NCBI GenBank assembly: GCA_000004695.1
Contig: CM000152.2
Span: 2,496,001-2,560,000, forward strand
Source: Dictyostelium discoideum
Taxonomy: Eukaryota
Direction: 5' to 3'
Length of the DNA stretch: 64,000 nucleotides
In this document: in pieces, positions 47,639-63,776 of the stretch
Position numbering within the stretch: the first letter of the stretch is position 1
Layout: every line of letters starts with the position of its first letter
Notes under the pieces: model-generated
Databases searched by the model: none
The model's input: the letters and a program-made list of their open reading frames with translations, nothing else
Told to the model about the DNA's origin: nothing
Translations under genes and position numbers: made by a program

Positions 47639-47877
47639 ATATTATTATTGTTTTTATTCTCTCCATCAGCACTTTCACTACCACTATCTCTTCTTTCATC
47701 ATCTTCATCATAATCTTCATATTCATCATATTCATAGTGTTCACTATCATCACTAATATCTTCTTCTCCGCTCTCCTCCTCGCCACCTATAGTCATGTTT
47801 CTATGAATGCTATCAGAGGAAGATGATAGTTCATTATTTGAATCTTCAAATTTTCTCTTTTGCTGTGAAGTTGCCAT
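46369..47877 (-). CDS. hypothetical protein, paralog 2 of the same tandem family
   Basis: 502-aa single ORF. Acidic N-terminus, KRVIWSEEDNLKIFEIFEKK (Myb/SANT-like), poly-Q from (TTG)n at 47000..47105. C-terminus ISINSATIVKSPNNNEDDRYVIFPDY...FIQCRVESHINEIIINTSIYYIKNMDGFQINNGVLNYGDNQIKCLVYSKIPHIDDDFIIVNNKK. Confidence 0.6.
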
Positions 47878-48565
47878 AATTTTGTGATGGTTGTTGTAAT
47901 GAAAACAAAAAAAGGAAATGAAAAAAAAAAAATATGAAAAAAAAAAAAAAAAAATAAAAATAAAAAATGAAAAAGTAAAAAATTCAGTTAATGTCTAGAT
48001 CGAATTTAATAATTTTTAGATTTAGATTTAACAGAATTTTAAGGTACAGGGAACAAAAAAAATTAAAAAAATAAAAATATTTTTTTATTTTATTTAATTT
48101 TTATTATTTATTTTTTTATTTGTTTTTTATTTATTTAAATTGGGCCTACAATAATATTTTTAATTAATTATTTTTTGTTAATTTTTTATTTGTTTATTTT
48201 TCAAAAAATATTTTTTATTTGACCCACTCACCCACATAACATTCTCTCTACAATTAGATATGACATTATCCACCATTGATTATTTACAACATAAAGAGAA
48301 TCTAGATACAACACTGCTACCACAGTTTTTTACAAAAAAATTGAACAATATTAATGTTTTATAAAAAAAAAAAAAAAAAATTAGAAATTAAATTAAAATT
48401 TCACTGGAATTGAGCGATTATAATTTTTTAATTTTTTTTTATATTATATTGAAATTCAAAAAATAGGAAATCTTTTTTTTAAGATTTAATTTTCTTTTTT
48501 ATTCATTTAATTTTTTATTTTTATTTATTTTGTTTTTTTTTTAAAAAACATAATTATTATTTTTT

Positions 48566-49170
48566 ATTATTTACAATTATAAAATTGTTATCAATTTCAA
48601 GAATTTTTGAATATACTAAACATTTAATTTGATTATTTCCATTATCAACAACTCCATTAGTAATTTCAAAACCATCCATATTTTTAATATAATAAACGGA
48701 AGTATTAATGATTATTTCATTAATAAATGATTCTACTTCACATTGAATGAAATCACTCTCTCTTTTAATTATATTTATATTAACTCTTTTAGAGTATTGT
48801 ATTACTGATGATGATAAATAAATTTGATGCCATTTGACTAAAATCTGGAAATATTATATAATAATCATCTCTATTATTTGGATTTTTAATTACAATTGCT
48901 GAATTTATTGATATTATTTTATTATCATCAAGTGAAATCATTGGGTAAATAAATTTTTATTTATTGGTTTACTTGTAGTTTTTATTGTTGTTGTTGTTGT
49001 TGTTGTGGCTGTGGTTTCTGATTTATTTGTATCATGCCAAAGTTGATACTGGTGATTTAATTTTTGATGTTCAAGCAATGTCTTTTGATGATTCTGAATT
49101 TGTGGTTTTAATTTTTCATTTGATTCTTTAATTTTTTCTTTAATTTTTTCTTTAATTTATTTGTTTTTGA

Positions 49171-49234
<64 letters not shown>

Positions 49235-49740
49235 GCTTTTGTTGTTGTTGTTGTTTTTGTTGTTGTTGTTGATCTAATTCTTTTTTTTTTTCTTTTAAAT
49301 TATTATTCTCTTTTACAACAAATTCTTTATTCCATGATTTAATTTCATTTTTTCTAACTAAAAATTTTAATTTTAAATTTTGAATTTTTGATTTAATTTG
49401 TGTCGATGTAAATTTAAATTGATTGGTTTGGAATATATCAGAGGAAACTGAATCTAATGTTTTTTGGTTCTTTTTCCATAATTGATTTATATAGTTTCCA
49501 AAGTTTTTCTGTATCTGAATTACTCCATATACGATTTTTTCTTTTACCAATTATATAATTTTCACCATCTTCATCATTTTCTTCATCGTTTAATTCTCCT
49601 TCTTCATCTTCTTCTTTATCATAATTTAATACCCCAAGATATTGAACATCATTATCATCATCTTCATCATCCTCCATTATGAATTCATCATGGTTTATAA
49701 AAATTCCATCTTCTTCATATTTTCCAATTGTACTTGCCAT
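48566..49740 (-). pseudogene. paralog 3 of the same family, disrupted by frameshifts and a stop
   Basis: The C-terminal domain is recognisable but split over two frames: ...PMISLDDNKIISINSAIVIKNPNNRDDYYIIFPDFSQMASNLFIIISNTIL* in one frame, then SSSVIQYSKRVNINIIKRESDFIQCEVESFINEIIINTSVYYIKNMDGFEITNGVVDNGNNQIKCLVYSKILEIDNNFIIVNNKK* in the +1 frame. In-frame stop just upstream of PMIS. The N-terminal part with the NRIWSNSDTEKLWKLYKS motif (ORF 49438..49740) is out of frame with the Q-rich middle (ORF 49152..49550). Unless these are sequence errors, it is a pseudogene. Confidence 0.5.
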
Positions 49741-50061
49741 TTTTATTTGTCTAAGTTTAGGAAAAAAAAAAAAAAAAAATTATAAAAAAAAAAATAATAA
49801 TAAAAAAAGTCCAAAAAAAAAAACAAACACAAAAATAAAATAATTAACAAAAAAAAAAAAAAATAAAAAATTTTCAAAATTTCCAAAACAGTTGCTTTTT
49901 TAGTTTGTTTAAAAATTTTATAAACCAAAGATTTAAATTTTTTTATTTTTATTTTTTATAATTATTTTAAATTCTTTATTAATTAACAATTGTTTGTTTT
50001 TTTATTTTATTTTTATTTTTTTTTTTTTTTTTTTTTTTTTTAAATATATTTTCTATTTTTT

Positions 50062-50949
50062 TCAATTTTTATCAGTATTTGAACAAATTTCCTTATTAAT
50101 TAATATATCGTTTGTTAATTTTTTATATTTTAAATCAAATAATTCAAAAGCATCAGAACCAACTAAAACATGATTTGGAGGTGAATATGATAATGAAATT
50201 TCAATTATCACATCAACAGCTTTTGAAAGATCACCTAAAAATCTTGAACCATTTAATTTAACAATTTCATCCAAAAATGAATGAGTATCTTTATATTCTG
50301 CTATTCTAGTATCAGGTATTAAACAAGATGATAAAAAACTAGTTTGAAAATAACCAGGTGCAATATTACAACAATGAATATTAAATGGTTTCAACTCTAT
50401 TGACATTGTCTCTGAAATTGCATGTAATGCAAATTTACTTGAACAATAAATGGAACACCCATTAAATAATGAACTATAGCCACAAATTGAATCAATAATT
50501 ATTATACGTGGTCCATTTAATTTTGAATTATTATTATCATTATTATTTTTTAAAAATTGATTATTTCTTAAATATGGTAACGAATTTCTAATTAAATTTA
50601 ATGGACCAAAGAAATTAATATCAAATAATGTTCTTGCATCTTTATCAGTTGTTTCTTCTAATGGTGCTAATATACCCATTGCTGCATTTGATATTAGTAT
50701 ATCAATTCTACCAAATTTTTCAATACATTTTTCAATAGCTTCTTTAACATTACTTTCATCAGCTAAATTCATTTCGATTGGTAAGAATTGATCATTTTCA
50801 TTCGAACCAATATCTTGAATTAATTTATTTTTATTTCTTGATGTTGCTGCAACATAATCACCTCTTGATAATAATTTCTTTACCATTAAACCTCCAAATC
50901 CAATTCCACTACATCCAGTTATAAAAAATATATTTTTTTTAATTTCCAT
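50062..50949 (-). CDS. short-chain dehydrogenase/reductase (SDR family)
   Basis: 295-aa single ORF with the cofactor-binding motif ITGCSGIGFG (TGxxxGxG), NAAMG, and catalytic Y-x3-K (YCSSKFALHA). Confidence 0.8.
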   Translation of the reverse strand: MEIKKNIFFITGCSGIGFGGLMVKKLLSRGDYVAATSRNKNKLIQDIGSNENDQFLPIEMNLADESNVKEAIEKCIEKFGRIDILISNAAMGILAPLEETTDKDARTLFDINFFGPLNLIRNSLPYLRNNQFLKNNNDNNNSKLNGPRIIIIDSICGYSSLFNGCSIYCSSKFALHAISETMSIELKPFNIHCCNIAPGYFQTSFLSSCLIPDTRIAEYKDTHSFLDEIVKLNGSRFLGDLSKAVDVIIEISLSYSPPNHVLVGSDAFELFDLKYKKLTNDILINKEICSNTDKN

Positions 50950-51349
50950 TTTCTAAATTTAGAAAAAATTAAAATTAAATTAAATATGTAAATAATTTAA
51001 TGAAAAAAAATAATAAAAAATAAAAAATAAAATTAATTATTATTATTAAATTTTGTTTTTACACACACAAACACAACATATGTACAATATTTTAACCACC
51101 AATACTTTTTTTTTTTTAATTTTTTTAATTTATTTATATTTTAATTTTAATTTTAATTTTGATCATTTTTAAAAATAAAAAAAAAATTGTGAAAATAAAG
51201 TTTTTAACCTAAAACAGTTAAGTAATAAAAAAAAAACCAGAAAATAAAATAGAAAAAAAATTAATATGTAACAAGGGGGGAGTTTATTTTCGTTTATTTA
51301 GTTTTTTTTTTTTTTTTTTTTCAAAATCTACATATATATATCGTTCTCT

Positions 51350-52228
<879 letters not shown>

Positions 52229-52823
52229 GTTCATACATATTTATATTTTATAAATGTTAAATAAAAAAAAAGAGAAAAAAGGATTGGAAGATGATCAGTT
52301 AATGAATTTAAAAAATAAAAAAATTAGAAAAAAATAAAAAATAAAAAAATTTTAGAAAAAAAAAAAAAAATAAAAAAATTAAAAAAAATAAAAAAAAAAA
52401 TGATTTGCATTTTATTTGAAGTTCTCTATTTTGGGATTGGAAATAAAAAAAAAAAAAGAAAAGAAGAGTCTATTTTTAATTTTTAAATTTTATATAACAG
52501 TTTATTTTTTTTTTTTATTTAACAAGCTTTTTTTTTTTTTTTTTTTCTTTTTTTTTTTTTTTCTTTTTTTTTTTTTCTTCCAGGTTTATATTTATATTAT
52601 TTTATATTATTTTTTTTTTTTTTTTTTAATTTTTTTTTTTTAAAAAAATTTTATATTGATTTTAATTGATTATATATAAAGTTTTGATAGTGATGATGGT
52701 TATGATTATGTGTATGTGATGTATGATTTGATTTGATTAATATGATAAACAATCATAATTAAAATATATAAAGATAATATCTTTATATATATTTTTTTAA
52801 AATAATTAAAATTTTAATTTAAT

Positions 52824-55697
52824 TTAATTATTATTTGCAGAATATTTTTCAATTCTTGAAATGATATGTTTTCCAGGAGTGACTTTTTTAAGAGTTGGAA
52901 CAAATGGTTGAATACGATTGATGATCATATCACGTTGAGCAGGTTCAACAATATCTAAAATCTTTTGAATAACATAGTTTGCGTATGGATCCTTTAAGAT
53001 TTTGAGTAAAACATTTGAAGAATTTGGAGAGTTTGCATCACCCAATATCTCATTGATGATGAGGATTCTCTCGGCTGTACATCCATGTTGAACACATTTT
53101 TCAATGACATTACTTGCAAACTTGTGTTGACTAAGATTATAGATTTGACCTTGAAGTTTGCATACGATTGCACTCTTATCACGTGGTGTTCCATTCTCCA
53201 ATACGTGTTGGATGACATAGTTACCATATTGATCTTGAACCAATGAAACGGCACAACGCATTAATTCATCAAGGATTGGAGCCACTTGTTTTTCGGCACA
53301 ATGTTCCAAGATTCTTTGAATTACACGACAGCCATATGGATGAGTTGCCAATTGATAGATGTGGCCATGGAAGGAATCAATGATGAATTGAATCAAATGT
53401 GTTGGAATCTTTTCGATACACTTTTGAATGACATGATTACCATTTTGATCGGTAACACATTGAACGATATGACCATTCAATTCACCGATTAAAAGGATTT
53501 GTTTATCCAATTCAATGGATTCAATTGCCTTTTGAATGACACGACAACCATACATTTGAAGTGTAAGTGAGAGTATATGACCACTAAGTTTATCGGCAAG
53601 GATACGTTTTTGTTCGGTTGTACCATGCTCGAAAAACTTTTGTAAAACATAGTTACCAAATACGTCGGTCATTAAAGAGTGTACAGCAACAACAACTTCA
53701 TCAAATACCAATTGTTTCTCTTCAAGACTTGCATTTTCGATCTTTTGTTGAATGATTCTTGAACCAACTTGATCTTTACTAAATTCTGCGATATGACCTT
53801 TAATATCACTTAATTCTAATTTCATCTTTAAGTTTCTAAAGTCTTCTAATAATTGTGATCTGGTTGTATATTCATTGGTTTGTTGTTGAGTTGGTGATGA
53901 TGGTGTAGATGTAACTGGTGGTGGTGGTGGTGTAGTTGATTGAGTTGCTGTTGCTGTTGTGGTGGTGGTTGTTGTGGTGGTGGTTGTTGCTGCTGATGAC
54001 AATGATGACGATGACAATGATGATGGAGATGAAGTTGTTGGTGGTGGTGATGAAGATGAAACAACACTATTTGTTGAATTGTTCGATAAAACTACATTTG
54101 GAGCTGGTGCGTTTGCTACAATTGTTGAAGAGGGTGATAGGGTTTGGTTAATTTCTACAGGTTTTAATCCATTACCATTAGCACTATCATTAAAATTACC
54201 ATTGTTATTATTAGCCACAACAGTAGAAGCGCTTAATGGTGTTGGTGTGGATAAAGAGTTTGGTGTGTTTGGTGATGATTGTGAATTTGGTGATGAATGT
54301 GTTGAAGTGTTCAAATTAATCGATACTGGTTTATTCATACCACCGTTATTACCAGTGGCATTATTTGTTATATTACTATTTATATTACTATTACTATTAT
54401 TATTATTTAATGTGACAATTGTTGATGGTGAATGTGACAAAGATGATGAGGTTGGTGATGATGATAATGTAACTACAGGGTGTTGATTGTGATGTTGTTG
54501 TTGATGATGATGTTGATGATGGTGGTGGTGTTGTTGTTGTTGATGGTGGTGGTGTTGTTGAATCATCGATGGAGACAAAGAATTTGGTGATAAACCTATA
54601 TTTTGTTGTGGTGAACTTGAATAATATTGATTATTATTATTGTTGTTGTTGTTGTTGTTGCTATTGTATTGAGTATGATTATTTATAATATTAACAGGTT
54701 GAGGTGGGGATTGAGATACAGTATTATTGGTAAGAGGTTTTCTTTTTGGTTGGAATTCTCTAATTTGTTGTGGGTGTTGATGATGTAAACTAGTTGTTTG
54801 TTGTTGTTGTTGAGGTACCATATGAGTTTGTTGAGAAACTCCAACTTGATGACCATTATGAATACTAGTAATATAGGGTTTTTGAGCATGTTGTTGTTGC
54901 TGGTGATGTTGTGGTGGTTGTTGATGGTGGTGGTGTTGTTGTTGCTGCTGTTGTTGTAATTGTTGTTGCTCATTTATATAAAAATCATTTGTGTTGATTT
55001 GACCCCTATATCCATTGCCACCATTTTGGAATTGTTGTTGTTGTAATGATGAATATATACCATATTGTGGTGGTTGTTGATGATGAATTGATGACCTTTG
55101 TTGGTGTTGTGATTGTTGTTGTTGTTGTTGTTGGTGTGATTGTTGGTGATGATGATGATGATGATGTTGTTGTTGTTGTTGTTNNNNNNNNNNNNNNNNN
55201 NNNNNNNNNNNNNNNNNNNNNNNNNNNNNNNNNNNNNNNNNNNNNNNNNNNNNNNNNNNNNNNNNNNNNNNNNNNNNNNNNNNTGTTGTGGTGGTTGTTG
55301 TTGTTGTTGTTGTTGATGAACTGGGTGTGAATGTTGTTGTTGTTGCTGCTGTTGTGGTGGTAAATATTGGTGTTGATGTGAGTCTTGATCAACAAAACTA
55401 TGTTGTTGTTGCTGTTGTTGTTGCTATAGTAAAAATAAAATATAAAATAAAAACAATAAAATATAAAATAAAAAATATATATTAGTTTACTATTTTCTTT
55501 TAAAGAAAAAAAATAAATAAAAATAAAAAAGAAAAATTTTAAAAGGTACATTATTATTTTTATAATATGCTTGATATGGTGTGATTAAAGGTGGTGGTAA
55601 ACGTGGGTCTAATGGTCTTTGTGAATAATAATAATTATAATAATTTATATCTAATCTTGGGTCTTGAGGGGATATTGATTCTAATCCTTGAAACTCC

Positions 55698-55742
<45 letters not shown>

Positions 55743-55966
55743 TTAAAATATTAAAAAAAAGAAAAAAATCTATTAGTATATCAATAGAAAAAAAAAAAAA
55801 GTAATATAATAAAAAAAAGGGTTTAAAAACATACCTCTTCAGGTACAACTGGTGGTGCAGAACTACTTCTTGAAATAGTAAGTTGATCTACCCTTGATCG
55901 TATAGTTAATTTTGATAAATCAATACCATTTACATCGTCAACGATGAAATGTCCTGATGGATCCAT
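52824..55966 (-). CDS. Pumilio-family (PUF repeat) RNA-binding protein, 3 exons; exon 3 interrupted by an assembly gap
   Basis: join(55966..55835, 55696..55550, 55423..52824). Exon 1 [44 protein letters not shown] + GTATGTTTT donor. Exon 2 [49 protein letters not shown] + GTACCT donor. Exon 3 starts after TTTACTATAG and runs through Q/H-rich CAA/CAT repeats and the N-gap (55184..55283) into the 665-aa ORF, which carries eight PUF repeats ([82 protein letters not shown]). Confidence 0.8.
55184..55283. other. assembly gap (100 N)
   Basis: Run of exactly 100 N inside a CAA/CAT/TTG-rich trinucleotide repeat region, i.e. inside the Q/H-rich coding part of the Pumilio gene. Confidence 0.95.
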
Positions 55967-56374
55967 CTTTAACTTGAACTTTTTCTTTTTTTTTCTTTTT
56001 TTTTTTCTTTTTTTTCCACTAAATAAATTCAGACTGTTCTCTTACTTTTAGAAATCAACTATTTTTTTTTTTTTTAATGCTTCTTTTTTTTTTTTGGTGA
56101 CTCGGCTCGTTGTCTGTAGGCTGACAATTTTTTTTATGTGATTTTTTTTTTTTTTTTTTTTTTTTTCAAAAAAATTTTTTTCTTTTTTTTTTTTTTATTT
56201 TTTTTTTATTTTTTTTTATTTTTTTCTTTTTTTTATCAGATTTTCGTTTATATTTAAATACTATAGTCTGATAGGTTATTACTAATTATTCCTAATTAAT
56301 ATAAACTAGTTAAAAAAAAAAAAAAAAAGTGAAAAGTTAGAATTTATTTACATACTGATTTTTCTATTTGAAAA

Positions 56375-56421
<47 letters not shown>

Positions 56422-56425
56422 ATTA
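56375..56425 (+). repeat. (AAAT)n / (TAAT)n tetranucleotide microsatellite, intergenic
   Basis: aaataaataaat... followed by taattaattaat..., in the intergenic desert upstream of the Pumilio gene. Confidence 0.8.
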
Positions 56426-57749
56426 TTAATTAATTAATTAAATAATTAATTAATTAATTAAAAAAAATAAAATAAAAAATAAATAAAAAAAACTAAAATC
56501 TTTTTTTTTTTTTTTTCTTTTTTTTTTTTTTTCTTCTTTTTTTTTTTTTTTTTTTATTAATTTAATATCAAAATCGCTTACTTAATTAATACATTTAAAT
56601 AAATAAAATAATAAATAAAAAAATAGTAATAATTAAAAAATTAAATAAAGAAAGAATAAATAAAAAAAAAAAAATATAAATAAAATAAATTTTTTTCATT
56701 TTTTTTTTTTTTTTTTTTTTTTTAAAAATTTAAAAAATAAAAAATAATAATAATTAAACTTGTGTCGTAAGCGTGGTGAAATATTTAAATTGGAGGTGTG
56801 CATATATGGTAATTTTTTTTTTTTGTTTTTTTTTTATTTTTTTAATCGATTTGATTGTTGATAATATTCATCTTCTCTGCTGTAAAAAATAAAATATTTA
56901 AGAGATCTGAATTTAAATTATTCATTTTAAAAAAACAATTTCATAAGTGTACCTAGGTATTTAGATTTAAAAAAATGTTGGAAAATAAAAAAAAAAATAA
57001 AAAAAAAAGATAACACACACAAAAAAAATAAAAAATTAAAAAAAGAAAAAAAAAATTAAAAAAAAAGAAAAAAAAAAATATGAAAAAGTGTTTTATAATT
57101 AAACAATCACACATTATTTTTTTTTTATGGTTTTCAATACATTACAATTTAAAAAAATATTATAGCACTTTTTGTAAAATATTTTAAAAAATGATATAGA
57201 TTATTTGATATTGTGTCACACACTATTATTTTTACTACTTTTGGTATAGTAAATGATAATAATTGGTATATATATAATATTTTTTTTTTTTTAAAAAAAA
57301 AAAGGCAAAAAATACATACACAAAGGGAAAAAACACAAATAAAAAAAAAACAATGTTGAAAAAAAAAAAAAAAAAATAAAAAAAAAATAAAAAATAAAAA
57401 AAATTTTAGAAAAAAAAAAAAAAAAAAAAATCGTTTTTCTAAATTTTTCATATGACCCCTGAACTACAGAAACGAATAAATTTTTTTTTTTTTTCATGGC
57501 TTTTTTTCTTTATTTTTTTTTTTTTTTTCTAAAATTATATATATATTTTTTTTTTTCCTTTTTTGGTACTGTTTTTTTGATTTTTTCCTTTTTTATAATT
57601 GTTTTTTTTTTTTTTTTTTTTTGATTTTTTTTAAACATAAATAAAATGAGTGTTTTTCAATAATATTATTTTTTTTTATTTTTTATTTTTTTTTTTTTTT
57701 AATTCTTTATATATTTTGTTTTTATTTTTTATTTTTTTTATTTATTTAT

Positions 57750-58145
57750 TTAAGCAATTCTTTTATCAGAATAAAAATCTTCAGTTGGAAGATAAACTCT
57801 TTCTTCTATTTTGATATCGACAGTTGCAGAAATTGGTGGTAATTTAGTTTGAACGAATTTAACAAACATATCGGCTGTTTGAACTGGAGCATCGATTTGA
57901 ACCAATCTTTTATTTACTTTCATTTCATATTGATCACGTGAATGTTTATCTGTGTGTGGTGATTTATTTACAGTCCATTGTCTACTGGTACTTGGCAATG
58001 GTAATGGTCCAACAGTTTTAATACCTGATAATTTTGCTGCCCATGCTATACGTTTTGCGATATATGGTAAAACTTTATCAATTCCTTGTAAATTGAATGA
58101 TACAATTTTACGTCCATTACCAACAATTGTTTGTGAAACTGACAT
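57750..58145 (-). CDS. mitochondrial ribosomal protein S10 (uS10 family)
   Basis: 131-aa ORF. KIVSFNLQGIDKVLPYIAKRIAWAAKLSGIKTVGPLPLPSTSRQWTVNKSPHTDKHSRDQYEMKVNKRLVQIDAP matches the bacterial/organellar S10 core (IRIRLKAFDH..LD.S...IV.TAKRTGA.V.GPIPLPT..E.FTVL.SPH..K.SR.Q.E.R.HKRLIDI). Confidence 0.8.
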   Translation of the reverse strand: MSVSQTIVGNGRKIVSFNLQGIDKVLPYIAKRIAWAAKLSGIKTVGPLPLPSTSRQWTVNKSPHTDKHSRDQYEMKVNKRLVQIDAPVQTADMFVKFVQTKLPPISATVDIKIEERVYLPTEDFYSDKRIA

Positions 58146-58627
58146 TATTATTTATTATTTATTTTGGTGATTGTTTTTTTTTTTTTTTTATATTGAAAAT
58201 TAATTTCTTCCTTTATATTTCTTTAATTTATTTGTTCTAAATATTATTATATTACACTTTATTTTACTCTTTTTTTTTCTTTATTTTTAAATCTTTTGAG
58301 TGTGGGTGTGTTTTTAAAAATCGAATAAAAAAACAAATATACGAGTGTAAAAAATAAAAAATGAAAAATAAAAAATAAAAAAAAAAAAAAAAAAATAAAA
58401 AAAAAAAAAAAAAAAAATAAATAAAAATTAATTTTTGAAAAATTTCATTTTGCTTTTTTTTTTTATTTTTTTGTTTTAGTTTTGTCTTTGTATTTGGTGT
58501 GTGTATTTGTGTGTGTGAATATTAATTTCAAAAAAAAAAAGAAAAAGAAACGAAGAAATAAAAAAAAAATAATAATAATATATTTATAAATTTGTAAAAG
58601 TAATAATAATAATAATAAAAAAAAAAG

Positions 58628-60009
<1,382 letters not shown>

Positions 60010-60242
60010 ATTATGATTAATTAGTAGTTTATTATAGTTTAATAATAAATAATAGTAGTAATAATGACAACAACAACAACAATAATAAAGGGGTATAACA
60101 AAAAAGTAATATAAATCAGCAGAAGCAGAATTGATATTTACAATAAAATCAAAATTAATTTTTTTATTTTTCCAAAACTTTTTTTCTATTAATAGAAATT
60201 TTTTTTTTTTTATTTTTATTTTCACTTTCACATTTTCACAAG

Positions 60243-60276
<34 letters not shown>

Positions 60277-60335
60277 CATTTTTTTTATTTTTTTTTTATT
60301 TTTCACCATTTGTTTTTCATATACGCCCTTGTGCA

Positions 60336-60567
60336 ATGAAGAAAATTCATCATTTAGATACAACACCACCACTTTCATTTTTAATAGTGAAAAACAACTT
60401 TAATAATAATAATGATATAAAAGATTCAATAAATGAAGAAAACAGGACAACAGTAAAGTCAATAACAAAATTTAAAAAAGTTCAAATCACCATTCTAAAT
60501 GATGACAAAAATGAAGATAGTAATGATAATATAAAAAAAGAAGATGGTATAGGCATTGAAGGAAAGC

Positions 60568-60629
<62 letters not shown>

Positions 60630-62174
60630 GAAAAAGAAAAAGAATCAATTCAACCTAAAGATGATGGTGATAATAATGATGAAAAATTATGTAAAATGTA
60701 AGTGTATAAAATATTAGTGGTGATATACTAAAAAAAAAAAAAAAAAAAAAAAAGATTAAATATTAATATTTCTCAAAATTAATTTAAATTTTAAAAAAAA
60801 AGATGTTATAAACAATTTTCATTATATACATGTCCAAGATGTCATATTGGATATTGTTCATCAATTTGTTTTAAATCACATAATAGTAGATGTAGTAATG
60901 AATTCTTTGAACAACAAGTTAAAGAGAATTTACAATTAATGGATAAAGTATCACCAAAAGATTCATTAGAATTTTTAAAAAGGATGAAGAAAATTTATGA
61001 TATAGAGGATGAAAAATTCGATTCATTATTATCAAAATTTAATTTACCATTATCAAGTAAATCAACAATTAATGATTTTGATAATTTAAATTATAATCAT
61101 TATGAAAAAGATAATCAAGATGATGAAGATGATGAAGAAGATTATGATGAAGATGATGAAGATATAGATATTAATGATTTAAATATCGATGAAATGACAC
61201 AAGATCAATTATTATCATTATTAACACCACAAGAGATTGAAGAATTTAATAATTCAATTAAAGATGGTACAATATCAAATATAATTGAAGAATGGGTACC
61301 TTGGTGGAATATTAATATTATTGAAAATAATACAGATAAATTAAATATAAATAATAATAATAATAAAAATAGTAAAATAATAGAAATTAATGAAGTTGAA
61401 GAAATTAAAAAAGAAGAGGTAGGGGAGGACAGAGAAATAAAATTATTATTAAAAAGAATACCAAATATTTATTCACCAATTCAAGCATTTTCAAATTTTT
61501 CAAAACAACCACCATCAAAATCATTATTTTATCATCTCATTGATATTGTATATAGTTATTGTTATTTAATGAGAACTTTTAATGGTGATTGGAATAGTAA
61601 TAGTTTTAATATTAATAATCAAGAAGATAATAATTGTATTTTAGATGGTTGCACATTGTTATTAGATTTATCAAGTGTTTTAAAACCACCTCTTCCACAA
61701 TCAACATCACCACTACCACCACCAATATCATTTAATAGTGTAGAATCAGTTTTAAATAATTTATTAAAGTCAAGTCATAGTGGTGATGGAATTGAAATGA
61801 AAAATAATCAAGGTAATATTTATTTCTCTTTATTTTTATTACAAGATGTAATTACAATTTTAGAAAAAAAAGAATACATTTTATCTTTATTTTCACATTG
61901 TTTCCAATCATTTGATTTGGCTATAAATATTTTAAAATTAAATTTAAATAATTCAATTTCATCAACATCAACAACAAATAAAACATCTACTATCAATATT
62001 AATGAATTAAAAAAAGAATTTCAAACTATTTCAAAGTGTTATGATTTAGTTAAAAAGAAATTACTTTTTTTCTTATCTTGGATTAATGAAGAACAATTAT
62101 CTTCATTTCTATTTTTATCATCATCTATAAATAATTATTTTGAAAATGAAAAATTAATATTATTAAAAAAATAA
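60336..62174 (+). CDS. zf-HIT zinc finger protein, acidic, 2 exons
   Basis: join(60336..60697, 60803..62174). Donor GTAAGTGT (phase 2); acceptor AAAAAG at 60802 (AT+A=Ile). The junction reconstructs C-K-I-C-Y-K-Q-F-S-L-Y-T-C-P-R-C-H-I-G-Y-C-S-S-I-C-F-K-S-H, i.e. a zf-HIT (CxxC...YxCPxC...YCSxxCxxxH) with the first Cys pair split across the intron. Exon 1 has a (CAA)n poly-Q. Exon 2 is acidic (DEDDEEDYDEDDED). Confidence 0.6.
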
Positions 62175-62185
62175 GATAAACATTA

Positions 62186-62217
<32 letters not shown>

Positions 62218-62258
62218 GGTTTTAAAAATTGGTTTTATAAGTCTTTATTTGAAAAAAT

Positions 62259-62303
<45 letters not shown>

Positions 62304-62368
62304 GCAAAAGGGGTTGGGTTTTTATTTTTTTATTTTTTATTTTTAATTTTATTTTTTATTTCACTTCT

Positions 62369-62399
<31 letters not shown>

Positions 62400-62406
62400 C
62401 ACAGAA

Positions 62407-63776
<1,370 letters not shown>

